Shown here piece by piece: positions 18,390 through 27,553 of a stretch of DNA of 64,000 nucleotides. Source of the stretch: Candidatus Bathyarchaeum tardum (lineage in GTDB: Archaea; Thermoproteota; Bathyarchaeia; Bathyarchaeales; Bathyarchaeaceae); contig CP122380.1 in the NCBI GenBank assembly GCA_024650005.2, forward strand, positions 1,024,001 to 1,088,000. Reading direction: 5' to 3'. The translations under genes and the position numbers were made by a program. The notes below the pieces were generated by a model. It made no database searches, was not told the origin of the DNA, and worked only from the letters and a program-made list of their open reading frames with translations. The first letter of the stretch is position 1; every line of letters starts with the position of its first letter.

Positions 18390-19709
18390 TTATTTTTCTT
18401 CCATCATGTCTTCGGGGTATGCTAGGGTCTTGTGTAGTGCGATATCCAGACCGTATAGTTCTGCATCTCGTCCGACACGGAGTAAGTTCGCTTTTTTGAG
18501 GATACCAAACATTACCAGTCCCATTACTGTAGCCCACAGGAATATTGCACCTGCACCGATTGCCTGTATTCCGAGTTGACCAATCCATGTTGTCATGTCC
18601 GCGAATCCATAGATTGGGTGTGCTCCAAGGGCAGTTCCGCCAAAGATTCCAGTTGCTAACAGTCCCCAAACTCCACATGCTGCGTGAACTGGGAAACATC
18701 CTAAAGCGTCGTCAATGTGTAGTTTGTGTTCAAGGACTCCCATCGTGAATGTTGTGATTACTCCTGCGATTATACCGATTACGAACCCTGCTAACGGATG
18801 GACTATGTGGGCTCCGGAACATATTGCAACAGCACCTGCAAGCAAACCAACCATGCTTGTTAGCACATGACCTCTTGAGGTGATTGCTGCTCCGAACATT
18901 CCTCCAGCCATACACATTGCTGTAGTCAGTGAGACCCATGCAAGTTCTACGTTGATTGTCATTGGATCTGCAGCTACGCTTGAGCCAACGTTAAAGCCGA
19001 ACCAACCGAAAGCCAGTAACCATGCACCAATTACAGACAATGGGATGCTGTGTCCAAAGAATGTTCTCGGCATCTTCTTGTCGCCTACGAACTTTCCAAT
19101 CCTTGGTCCAATCATTATTGCACCCATTAATGCAAGTGTTCCACCAACTAGGTGAACTACCCCTGAACCTGCGTAATCGATGAAACCCAGTTCTGATAGC
19201 CAGCCTCCACCCCAGACCCAGTGTTCAACTACGGGGTAGATGAAACCAGAGATTCCTGCAGCTGCAACTATCCAGCCCCAGAATTTGTCACGTTCTGCTA
19301 AACCTCCTGGGACTATACCTACGACGGTAATTGCAAACATTGCCATTTTGAACCATGTTGCAAGGTCGCCTATTCCAGAGGGGCTTGCGGCTAAACCGTA
19401 AGCACCCGTTTCGGACAGCAATGGTGGCAGTGGGTTAGCTATTGTTGGAGCAAACTGTGGAATCCCAAACACAGGTTCAGCTACATAATATGCTAGAGGG
19501 AATCCAATTAGGAAGTACACGACGAATGCGAGTGTCCATCCTACGTTGATTTGCAGTATAGTGTGAGTGACGTTCTTTTTACGGACCATTCCTGCATAGA
19601 ACAAGGCAAATCCTGCAGTTGCCATGATGAAAATGGCTACAGGTGCCCATCCTACGAAAAAGTTCTGCTGGAACGCCGCCCATGTTTCAGTTGCTTGATC
19701 TAACATCAT
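18390..19709 (-). CDS. amtB: Ammonium transporter (Amt family)
   Basis: LAER, YPVVEHWVWGGGWL, DYAGSGVVH, GPRIGKF, GWFGFN, DDALGCFPVH, ELYGLD; twin His present. Confidence 0.97.
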   Translation of the reverse strand: MMLDQATETWAAFQQNFFVGWAPVAIFIMATAGFALFYAGMVRKKNVTHTILQINVGWTLAFVVYFLIGFPLAYYVAEPVFGIPQFAPTIANPLPPLLSETGAYGLAASPSGIGDLATWFKMAMFAITVVGIVPGGLAERDKFWGWIVAAAGISGFIYPVVEHWVWGGGWLSELGFIDYAGSGVVHLVGGTLALMGAIMIGPRIGKFVGDKKMPRTFFGHSIPLSVIGAWLLAFGWFGFNVGSSVAADPMTINVELAWVSLTTAMCMAGGMFGAAITSRGHVLTSMVGLLAGAVAICSGAHIVHPLAGFVIGIIAGVITTFTMGVLEHKLHIDDALGCFPVHAACGVWGLLATGIFGGTALGAHPIYGFADMTTWIGQLGIQAIGAGAIFLWATVMGLVMFGILKKANLLRVGRDAELYGLDIALHKTLAYPEDMMEEK

Positions 19710-19719
19710 TCATCACCAT

Positions 19720-20460
19720 TTATTCATTTCCGAACCAAACGGGCTTCAGTGAGAAGGGTATTTCTTCTACGGACAATCCACCCGCTTTGATGTTCAGTTT
19801 TAATACTTGAGGTTTCATGGGAACACTTCGCGCCTTTTTAATAAGGAAAACGCGTGTCCAGACTACGTCGTGTTTTCGGTAGTCAAGGTAAATCAAATGG
19901 TCTACAAGGTATTCGGTAATGCCAGGGGTTGCAGGAATGCCTTCGGCACTAAATAGTGTGGTTGCTCCTTGGGCTTTGGTTTCCATTAGTATCTTCATGA
20001 AGACTTGTCGGAATTCTTTTGAATCAGATAAACGCCTTGCAAGAGAAGATAACGAGTCGATTACAATCCTAACGGCACTTGGCTGGGCTTTCAATCCTCT
20101 TGTAACTATGTCCATTGCTTCTGTTTTGTCTACAAGACAATACTCGCTAGCATAGCTTGCAGTGATTGAAAGGTTAACTACTTTTATTGTTCCATTTTGA
20201 ATTAGTTTTGGGAAATCGGACCAGAGCTCTCCTCCGGTTCGCATTACTGTTTCGGGGGTTTCCTCGGTTGTGATGTACAAGCATTTTTCGCCATTTTTTG
20301 CGCCTTTGTAAAGAAATTGCAAACAACTAATGGTCTTGCCAGTACCTGGTTCACCGCGCACTAGTATTGCATCGCCCTTTGGGATTCCTGGAATGAACTT
20401 ATCCAAGCCATCCATTCCGATGTCAACCCATTCAATATTTGATGTTTGTTGCATTACCAT
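19720..20460 (-). CDS. Single-domain KaiC-like (RecA superfamily) ATPase, operonic with amt
   Basis: Walker A GEPGTGKT, TTEE, Walker B RIVIDSLS, EYLVD, KARS; stop 10 nt from the amt start. Confidence 0.92.
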   Translation of the reverse strand: MVMQQTSNIEWVDIGMDGLDKFIPGIPKGDAILVRGEPGTGKTISCLQFLYKGAKNGEKCLYITTEETPETVMRTGGELWSDFPKLIQNGTIKVVNLSITASYASEYCLVDKTEAMDIVTRGLKAQPSAVRIVIDSLSSLARRLSDSKEFRQVFMKILMETKAQGATTLFSAEGIPATPGITEYLVDHLIYLDYRKHDVVWTRVFLIKKARSVPMKPQVLKLNIKAGGLSVEEIPFSLKPVWFGNE

Positions 20461-20500
20461 GTCGATCACTTCTTATTCAATTAAATTGCTAGATATTGAC

Positions 20501-20572
20501 TATTTGTATATAAATATTTCTTTTTTATTGAATGATTGTTTAGTGCTGAAGTTAACATTGAATGAACGTTCA
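20501..20572 (-). promoter_or_regulatory. Promoter of KaiC-like/amt operon with paired boxes
   Basis: Plus-strand TGAAtgattgTTTA 20529-20542 and TGAAtgaacgTTCA 20559-20572; minus-strand TTTATATACAAATA 20514-20501. Confidence 0.75.
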
Positions 20573-21094
20573 AAATTGCATAAAATATTATAATGTGGAT
20601 GAATTTTGCGTTAAAATTTAATAAAAATTGGAATTTTTTCTGATAAAAATTAAACCATAAAAATTATGTTAAATGAAAATAGTTTAAGTTGAAAAAATAT
20701 ACATGTTCATGTTTACAAAAGGCGTAAAAAAAGCGGATAAAAAACCGAGATAATTATGTGTTGTTGGGCTTGGAAACAATTAAAGCTGTTCCCACACTGG
20801 GGTCTAAGGCTGTGGACCCTGACCAGATAAACGTAACAAACTGAAACTAGATGAGGCGAGTCACGTTGGCTGTGATCCGGATCCACAGTTTAAGCCAAAT
20901 TATGGTATTACCATTTAAAATAAAAGTGTTACTGTTTTACTATAAAATGAAAGACAATAATATTAACGGTTTAATTAAACCTCAGCGTTTGTACAGGAAA
21001 TTTGGAATTGATTATTTTTAGTATAAACAATTTTTTTAGAGAGGAAAAATAGAGAACCTCATTGGGGGAGCATGAAGTTCCTGTTGGAAGTGAA

Positions 21095-21835
21095 TTATAT
21101 TTTGCTTTGGAACCACACAGGGTTAAGGGCAAATGGGGTTTCTTCTACTGACAGTCCGCCTTTTTGAATGTACAGTTTTAGTATCTGTGGCTTGAGAGGT
21201 ACGCTTCGGGATTTTCGCAGAATGAAAACTCGAGTCCATTCTGTGTCTTGTTTTCGGTAGTCGAGATATACTAAGTGGTCTACGAGGTATTCGGTGATGT
21301 CGGGGGTCATGGGGATGCCTTCTGCTGTTAGTACTACTGTTGCGTTTTTTTGTTTGGTTTCCAGTAGCAATTTCATGAAGACTTCTCGAAATTCTTCGTA
21401 GTCAGACAGCCGCTGATCTAACGAAGACAACGAATCAATTACGATTCTAGATGCCCCTGGTTGAGTGGCAAAGCCTGTTTCAGCGATTTTCATTGCTTCT
21501 GCTTTTCCTAGTAAGCCATATTCGTTAGCGCATTCGCCAGTTATGGACATGTTTACAAATTTGATTACTCCCTTTTCAACTAATTTGGGGAACTCGGGCC
21601 ATAGCTCTGCTCCTGTTCGTAGTATTGATTCTGGGGTTTCTTCTGTTGTAATGTAGAGGCATTTTTCTCCATTTTTTGCGCCTTGATACAGGAATTGTAA
21701 GCAAACTATAGTTTTACCTGTGCCGGGATCGCCGCGCACTAGTATTGCATCGCCTTTTGGGAGTCCTGGAATGAAATCCTCTAGTCCAGATACGCCAAAG
21801 TCGATCCATTCTATGTTTGATGTTTTTTGACTCAT
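21095..21835 (-). CDS. Second KaiC-like ATPase, close paralog of 19720-20460
   Basis: GDPGTGKT, TTEE, RIVIDSLS, EYLVD, KSRS; colinear and highly similar over full length. Confidence 0.92.
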   Translation of the reverse strand: MSQKTSNIEWIDFGVSGLEDFIPGLPKGDAILVRGDPGTGKTIVCLQFLYQGAKNGEKCLYITTEETPESILRTGAELWPEFPKLVEKGVIKFVNMSITGECANEYGLLGKAEAMKIAETGFATQPGASRIVIDSLSSLDQRLSDYEEFREVFMKLLLETKQKNATVVLTAEGIPMTPDITEYLVDHLVYLDYRKQDTEWTRVFILRKSRSVPLKPQILKLYIQKGGLSVEETPFALNPVWFQSKI

Positions 21836-21875
21836 GCTGATCACATCTCATTCAATTAATTGTCTAGATATTGAC

Positions 21876-21947
21876 TATTTGTATATAAGTATTTCTTTTT
21901 TACTGAACATTTTTTTATACTTGCTTTTATAACTGAATATTTATTCA
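21876..21947 (-). promoter_or_regulatory. Promoter of second KaiC-like gene with paired boxes
   Basis: Plus-strand TGAAcattttTTTA 21904-21917 and TGAAtatttaTTCA 21934-21947; minus-strand CTTATATACAAATA 21889-21876. Confidence 0.72.
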
Positions 21948-22132
21948 TTACACTATTGTTATTTGCTGGAATTAGTATATGATGTATCAAAACAAGTATT
22001 TTTAGTAAAAAATATTTAAAATCAAATTAATCTAAAAATATTGTTAAAACTAGAATAATGAATTAACCAAATGTGCACCTTAATATCAGCAAAAAAAATA
22101 TTAAGAAAACTTAGCAAAAAGCGGGCGACATA

Positions 22133-22270
22133 TTATTTGTTAATTATTAAAATTAGTTTGTGGCAGTGTTTGCAATCGAAAACTGTTGCGTCACAATCTA
22201 AATCGAAATCTAGATTATCAATAAAAGTATTGCATACTTCCATTTCTTTCTTACAAATCGGGCAATCCAT
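22133..22270 (-). CDS. 45-aa zinc-ribbon microprotein (not in ORF track)
   Basis: GAGGG RBS; MDCPICKKEMEVCNTFIDNLDFDLDCDATVFDCKHCHKLILIINK*. Confidence 0.72.
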   Translation of the reverse strand: MDCPICKKEMEVCNTFIDNLDFDLDCDATVFDCKHCHKLILIINK

Positions 22271-22773
22271 ACTTTTCCCTCATGTACAATTAGATACAAC
22301 GTTTGCTTAACTATAAAATAGTTCTTACATTCAAATGATATTCATGAAGATTTAAAACAACGTTTTTCCTTTAACCGCTTTTTAAAACGGAGATATATTT
22401 TCTGTGAAAAATTTGATAATGTCTGATTCTAATGCTGGAAAGACAGAAAAACTTGCAAAAGTAGTAGGCAGGATGAGTTTTGAACTCAAAAAACCGAAAC
22501 ATTTGACACATACGGTCTTAAACGTGAAAAAAGTTATGCGATAGGTTCAACATCTCGTTTTGGTTTTATAACAGACATAATGTTGATGTTGTTGACCAAA
22601 CTTTATTGGGTGTGTCATAATCTGGCGGTTAAGCCACTTCACCTTGATTAAAACAGGCAAGCAAAATCTTTGAATGTGATTTACTGAAGCAACCCTATAG
22701 TAAGTTAGCTTGAATTTAAACAACACAAAGTTAAGGAAAACATTTTAGCTTCCAGCTCTTGATACATTAGATT

Positions 22774-23463
22774 ATGGGAAACCATCTGTGTAATAGTTCT
22801 GCATTTACTGTTTGTAAAGGTCTTATTGCATTTTTTATTGTAGTACTATTATCGTTTTCATTTGTTGTTTCGGGCTATTGTCTATCTGAAACTGCATTTA
22901 CTTCTGATGACGTTTTTGAAATCCCTCAAACTAACAGCTCTGTACGTTTTACTACAAATGGAACCTACGAAAATGCAGTTCTGGAAAAAAATACTTGGTT
23001 TTTTGATGGTTTGTATTTTTCAAGTTTTTTTACCACACAAAAACTAAACGTTACTATTTCAGCCAGCGACTGCCATTTAACTATCAATCCTTTTAGATTT
23101 TTTAGGCGTACTTCCCAAGGAGAAAACGTAACTTGGGTTCTTTTCAGTTACAGGGTTCAGGGTCAAGGAAAACAAGTAATCAATTTGGGTCTTGATCCGC
23201 AAAAGGGTCATATTGATGCAATTTTGGATGGAGAGTTTATAGGGTTAAACCATGGTTGGGTCCGTTCCCCTGATGGGACTATCACGGTAACTGCCCCTGT
23301 AAGTAATGTTACCCTTTGGTATTATGGACATCCTGAATCATACTTGCAAGAACCAAACTTTTTTGAAGACCATTCTGTTGTCATTGGTTCTACTTTTTCA
23401 ATGGCTGTTATTGTGGGCTTGGCAACGTTTATCACTCGGAAAAAAGGAAACAATGAGGCATAG
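22774..23463 (+). CDS. Secreted/membrane-anchored hypothetical protein
   Basis: Signal peptide, beta-rich body, C-terminal TM; operonic with next gene. Confidence 0.75.
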   Translation: MGNHLCNSSAFTVCKGLIAFFIVVLLSFSFVVSGYCLSETAFTSDDVFEIPQTNSSVRFTTNGTYENAVLEKNTWFFDGLYFSSFFTTQKLNVTISASDCHLTINPFRFFRRTSQGENVTWVLFSYRVQGQGKQVINLGLDPQKGHIDAILDGEFIGLNHGWVRSPDGTITVTAPVSNVTLWYYGHPESYLQEPNFFEDHSVVIGSTFSMAVIVGLATFITRKKGNNEA

Positions 23464-23465
23464 CG

Positions 23466-24683
23466 ATGGTTTGGGAATATTCGAGCAATTTAATTTTGTT
23501 ATGCTATGTCGTAATTGTTTTGGTCAGCATTTTTTTGATACTTAAGTTCACAAAAACCAAACGGGTTAGTAACCTTAGGTTAGTGATTCAGATTGCTGCA
23601 GTTGTAGCCATTTTTATGGGGTTACTTATTGGTCCGTTTAATGACCCATTTTATCAGGCGTTAGGGGTTTCCCCCCGTGACAGGTTAATAGGGAAAGATT
23701 TGTTAGGGAATCAACTTCCTGATGGGTTTCCAGTGCCCGTTTTGGCGTGTTATTTTCCTAATGGGCGAACAGTTACATGTCCCATATGGCAGATTCAAGC
23801 GTACATTTTTCCATTTTGGGATGCTGGTCAAATTGGCTACGACGTTTTTTATTCTACATCAGGCTTGGAGAAATTAGCAATAGTATTCAGTTTAGTTATT
23901 GGTCTATCAATTCTATTAGGAAGATTCTTTTGTGGTTGGCTATGCCCTTTTGGATTATACATGGACCTAATCACAAAGTTACGTAACGCATTCAAGATTC
24001 GTCACCTGAGTTTTTCTGAAAAAACAAACAAAATATTGCGTCAGTTCAGATTTGTATTAATTGCAGCTTTTTTGATTCTAAGTTTCATTTTCGGGTCTTA
24101 TCTTATTCTTGGCACTGAACTAATTCCCGGAACAATTCCCGGAGGACCTTTCGGAACCGAATCTGGAATCGTGGGTTTTATCAATCAACCTTATTGCTTA
24201 ATTTGCCCGATGAGACCCCTTTCAATTATCGTACAATCCGCTTTGGGTTTCTTAAATTACTCATACATTTCCCAAATAACATATGGACCATTCTTTATTG
24301 CTGGGCATTACCTAACTTCAATAAATGTTTCAATTTTTGTATTTATCACAATTCTCTCTTTTGCATACCGGCGATTCTGGTGCAGAATATGTGCCCTAGG
24401 TGGATTACTAGACCTGTTTAGCACCCATTTTCCGTTCAATAAAATAGCAATAACTCGATTAAACAAAAACGAAACCAAATGCACAAAATGTGGCATCTGC
24501 AAACGGGTTTGTCCAACGCAAGTAACAGAAGTTTATAATAAAAAAGGCGGTGACGTCACAACCCCCGGATGCACTCTTTGTTTCAGGTGTGTTGAAATGT
24601 GCCCCGAAAAAGGCGCTTTAAGTGTGAATCTAGCAACAAAAACAGTTTACCAATCCAAGAACTGGCTTGAACAAAAAGAGTAA
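23466..24683 (+). CDS. Membrane polyferredoxin (NapH/MauN-like 4Fe-4S binding protein)
   Basis: GRFFCGWLCPFG, RRFWCRICALG, CTKCGICKRVCP, CTLCFRCVEMCP; multiple TMs. Confidence 0.9.
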   Translation: MVWEYSSNLILLCYVVIVLVSIFLILKFTKTKRVSNLRLVIQIAAVVAIFMGLLIGPFNDPFYQALGVSPRDRLIGKDLLGNQLPDGFPVPVLACYFPNGRTVTCPIWQIQAYIFPFWDAGQIGYDVFYSTSGLEKLAIVFSLVIGLSILLGRFFCGWLCPFGLYMDLITKLRNAFKIRHLSFSEKTNKILRQFRFVLIAAFLILSFIFGSYLILGTELIPGTIPGGPFGTESGIVGFINQPYCLICPMRPLSIIVQSALGFLNYSYISQITYGPFFIAGHYLTSINVSIFVFITILSFAYRRFWCRICALGGLLDLFSTHFPFNKIAITRLNKNETKCTKCGICKRVCPTQVTEVYNKKGGDVTTPGCTLCFRCVEMCPEKGALSVNLATKTVYQSKNWLEQKE

Positions 24684-24734
24684 TTGTTTGCAATCGGAAA
24701 AAGAAAAATGATTTCCTGTTTATGTCTTTGATAC

Positions 24735-24938
24735 TTATGCATCTTCAATTGCTTTTTTGGTTTTTTTAACCCCTTTTTTTCCTAATTTAATGCCTTCTTT
24801 ACCTGCTTCTTTGCCTGCTTTCAAACCCTTTTTGCTAACGTCTTTGCTAACGTCTACTCCTCTTTCTCCAACTTTTTTTCCAGTATCCACAGTTTTTTTG
24901 GTAACATCCTCTGTCTTTTTCTTCAATTTTTTAAACAT
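24735..24938 (-). CDS. Small Lys-rich hydrophilic protein with ~11-residue periodicity (LEA-like)
   Basis: AGGTG RBS; KKTVDTGKKVG/ERGVDVSKDVS/KKGLKAGKEAG/KEGIKLGKKGV repeats. Confidence 0.65.
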   Translation of the reverse strand: MFKKLKKKTEDVTKKTVDTGKKVGERGVDVSKDVSKKGLKAGKEAGKEGIKLGKKGVKKTKKAIEDA

Positions 24939-25254
24939 AAAATTACACCTTTAATGAATTACTCAATTTTGAATATAAATTTTGAGAGGTCACTTACTAG
25001 TGTGAAAAAAAATATCATGTATTTCTGTTATTTTAATTAACCATTTTTTATGAGAAAAAATTTAGATAAATGTTTCACTCGCCAAAAGTATCGGGTTTAT
25101 TATATTCGCCAACCACAATTTGTTCGGGTTAGCACATTTGTTTGGGACTGCTTTTGTTGAAAATAATCACCATATTCTCGACGCTGCGAGTACGTGGAGA
25201 AAAAAGCAATGATTAGGATTCGACGAAATCCAAGTTTATTCTTTTATTTTTTGT

Positions 25255-26037
25255 TTATATCCAACTTAATTTGTTTGCATCCACATCAAAATTACATTCT
25301 TTCAATTCATTAATTAACTTAAAGTACCATTCTTGCTTGTATTCAATCCAACGAATTCCTTGGTATTGGTCTGGAATTTCAAAATCCTTTTTTGGGAAAT
25401 AAACAGCGGCAACATTATTTTTGCCAAGTTTTCCAAGAAGAAAACCTAACTTAAAAATTACATTTTGTGATGCTTGATAGTTTGATTCCTTAGAATTTTG
25501 CTCTTTTGAATAAACAGAAATGTCGGGAGATAAAAGAACCAACCCAAACGAAACATTCGGACGGTTACTTACTTTCTCGATTAGTTTTTGTTCACTGTTG
25601 GGGTCTTCATTCAGAATAATTGGTTCCAGCTCTAATTTCTCTAAGGTTTGAAATACATCTGCATTCATTTCAGTGTTATTTCCATGAACCACAAAAAGCT
25701 GGTTTGACCTAATTTTGGTGTTTACTGAATACTTGACTGGTGGTGAAAGTAGTAGCTTTACCTTTTTCAACAAATTGTCTGAAGCGTTTGTTATTTCCCT
25801 TAATTTTGCTTTTTCTTGTTCATTATACCCCGATTCATATGATTGGTCACTGAAAGGGACTTCCTCAAGGGGTTTCATGTTTTTGTAAAAACCTAGTGAC
25901 TGCAAATCTATCAGCAGTTTATTATATGTTTTCAAGTAATTTTCATATTCACTCCAAAATTCGTTAGAAAAATCTTCCTTAGAACTAGACACAAGGGTTT
26001 CCAAATCAATAATTAAAGAACCAAAATCCACGCTCAT
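25255..26037 (-). CDS. TIR-like nucleotide-binding domain protein (CAP12/Pycsar TIR-type), degenerate active site
   Basis: FVVHG, LEPIIL, LLSPD, ASQNVIFKLG (family pattern ARQNVIFELG), EIPDQYQGI. Confidence 0.82.
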   Translation of the reverse strand: MSVDFGSLIIDLETLVSSSKEDFSNEFWSEYENYLKTYNKLLIDLQSLGFYKNMKPLEEVPFSDQSYESGYNEQEKAKLREITNASDNLLKKVKLLLSPPVKYSVNTKIRSNQLFVVHGNNTEMNADVFQTLEKLELEPIILNEDPNSEQKLIEKVSNRPNVSFGLVLLSPDISVYSKEQNSKESNYQASQNVIFKLGFLLGKLGKNNVAAVYFPKKDFEIPDQYQGIRWIEYKQEWYFKLINELKECNFDVDANKLSWI

Positions 26038-26233
26038 TTGTTAGATCCCTTCAGAAACTAAATTATGCCCCAAAATATATTATATATTCCCTGAAACCAA
26101 AACACCAGAGTTCAATACTTCATGAAACATGTTCGAATACAGTAGCAATGTATTGTTGAAAGCAAGTTTTCATAAAAAGAACTACACCTCACCCAGTGGG
26201 GGTAAAGTTAACATTAAATTTTTAAATCAAGAA

Positions 26234-26938
26234 TTAGGTTTTTCCCAGAAGTTTTCGTCTTTTGTCTTCTTTAGGTTTTACTGTTTCTTCTACTAGGGCA
26301 TACTGTCGCTGATAAATGTGGCAATTCTTGGAGTGAAAAATCATTTTTCCTGTTCGTAAGTTAAGGTCAGTTCGTTTGTTAATTTCTGACACAAGCGCTT
26401 CATTAAAAATTTGAATTCCCGCAATGTTTGCAGGCAATCCCGCATAGGCATCCCAAGACCTAAAATAACAAGTCAAATGCAATTGATCATCGGAAATTTC
26501 AGTGTCAAGTATGCTCAAACAAGGAGGTTCATGTCTTGTATCTTTTTTTATGCATTTTTTTATGTCTTCAGGCAACCGAATAACAAAAGTTACTTGGCGG
26601 TCTTGAATTTCTTCCACGTAACGGTTAATGGCTTCTTCAACTTGGTCTACAGGGTCACGCATCCTACTTCCATAAGTGTATGTTTCATCATCTATTGCTC
26701 CTGACCATAAATACTTCAAAGCGTACCATTGAACATACTGCATATCACAGGGAGCCATAAAATCAACCAATGGGCGATTCGCTGGATTAGTGATTTCGAT
26801 ACTGATGTTAAGTTTCTTTGTTTCTGTAAGTTCAGAACCATAACCAACATTAAAAACGTCTCCACGGTACCAAATTTCGTTCAAAACTTTATACCATGCA
26901 TCTGGACAATCAAAGGCTTTAAGCATCTTGTATTTCAA
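26234..26938 (-). CDS. thyA: Thymidylate synthase, archaeal type
   Basis: YTYGSRM, PPCL, FRSWDAYAGLPAN, HIY. Confidence 0.88.
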   Translation of the reverse strand: MKYKMLKAFDCPDAWYKVLNEIWYRGDVFNVGYGSELTETKKLNISIEITNPANRPLVDFMAPCDMQYVQWYALKYLWSGAIDDETYTYGSRMRDPVDQVEEAINRYVEEIQDRQVTFVIRLPEDIKKCIKKDTRHEPPCLSILDTEISDDQLHLTCYFRSWDAYAGLPANIAGIQIFNEALVSEINKRTDLNLRTGKMIFHSKNCHIYQRQYALVEETVKPKEDKRRKLLGKT

Positions 26939-27031
26939 AAGAACCCCTCACCTCTTTTTTATTATCAACATCTCCCATATAATTTGCTTTTCATAAAAAA
27001 GAAACACCCCAAAAAAGGAGCATTCAACTGT

Positions 27032-27499
27032 TTATGGTATAACGTCATTTATTCTGCGTTTTCGATAATCATCATAATCTGGAATAATCCTGTGGTATTC
27101 CCTGTCCATTAATGTTGATGAAATTATAAAATCAGCAGTAGAACGGTTACACGCAACTGGGATGTTCCAGACTACAGCCATGCGTAATAGTGCTTTTACA
27201 TCAGGGTCATGAGGAAGTGATTCAAGGGGATCCCAGAAGAAAATCAGAAAATCGATTTCACTGTTAGCAATCTTGGCGCCGATTTGCATGTCCCCCCCTA
27301 AAGGGCCACTTTTGAGTTTGTTGACGGTTAATCCTGTTTTTTCTATAATTTTTCCAGTTGTTCCTGTAGCGTAAAGTTCATGTAAACTCAGAAGATACTT
27401 GTTAAACATAACCCATTGTAGCAAATCTTCTTTTCTGTGGTCATGGGCAACCAAAGCGATTTTTTTGCGCTTATTAATCAAGACTGTATTGCAGTTCAT
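27032..27499 (-). CDS. mgsA: Methylglyoxal synthase
   Basis: [37 protein letters not shown]. Confidence 0.96.
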   Translation of the reverse strand: MNCNTVLINKRKKIALVAHDHRKEDLLQWVMFNKYLLSLHELYATGTTGKIIEKTGLTVNKLKSGPLGGDMQIGAKIANSEIDFLIFFWDPLESLPHDPDVKALLRMAVVWNIPVACNRSTADFIISSTLMDREYHRIIPDYDDYRKRRINDVIP

Positions 27500-27553
27500 T
27501 TTCAGTTCCTCTTTTTCATAATTAAAAAGGGGGATAGAAAAAATTTTGCTTTT

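Noticed and set aside
19720-21844. Circadian clock (kaiABC) or RadA repair genes
   Set aside because: Single-domain proteins with no KaiA/KaiB nearby, no ST phosphosites and no RadA N-terminal domain.
22071-22310. 79-aa plus-strand ORF
   Set aside because: Antisense to the better supported zinc-ribbon microgene.
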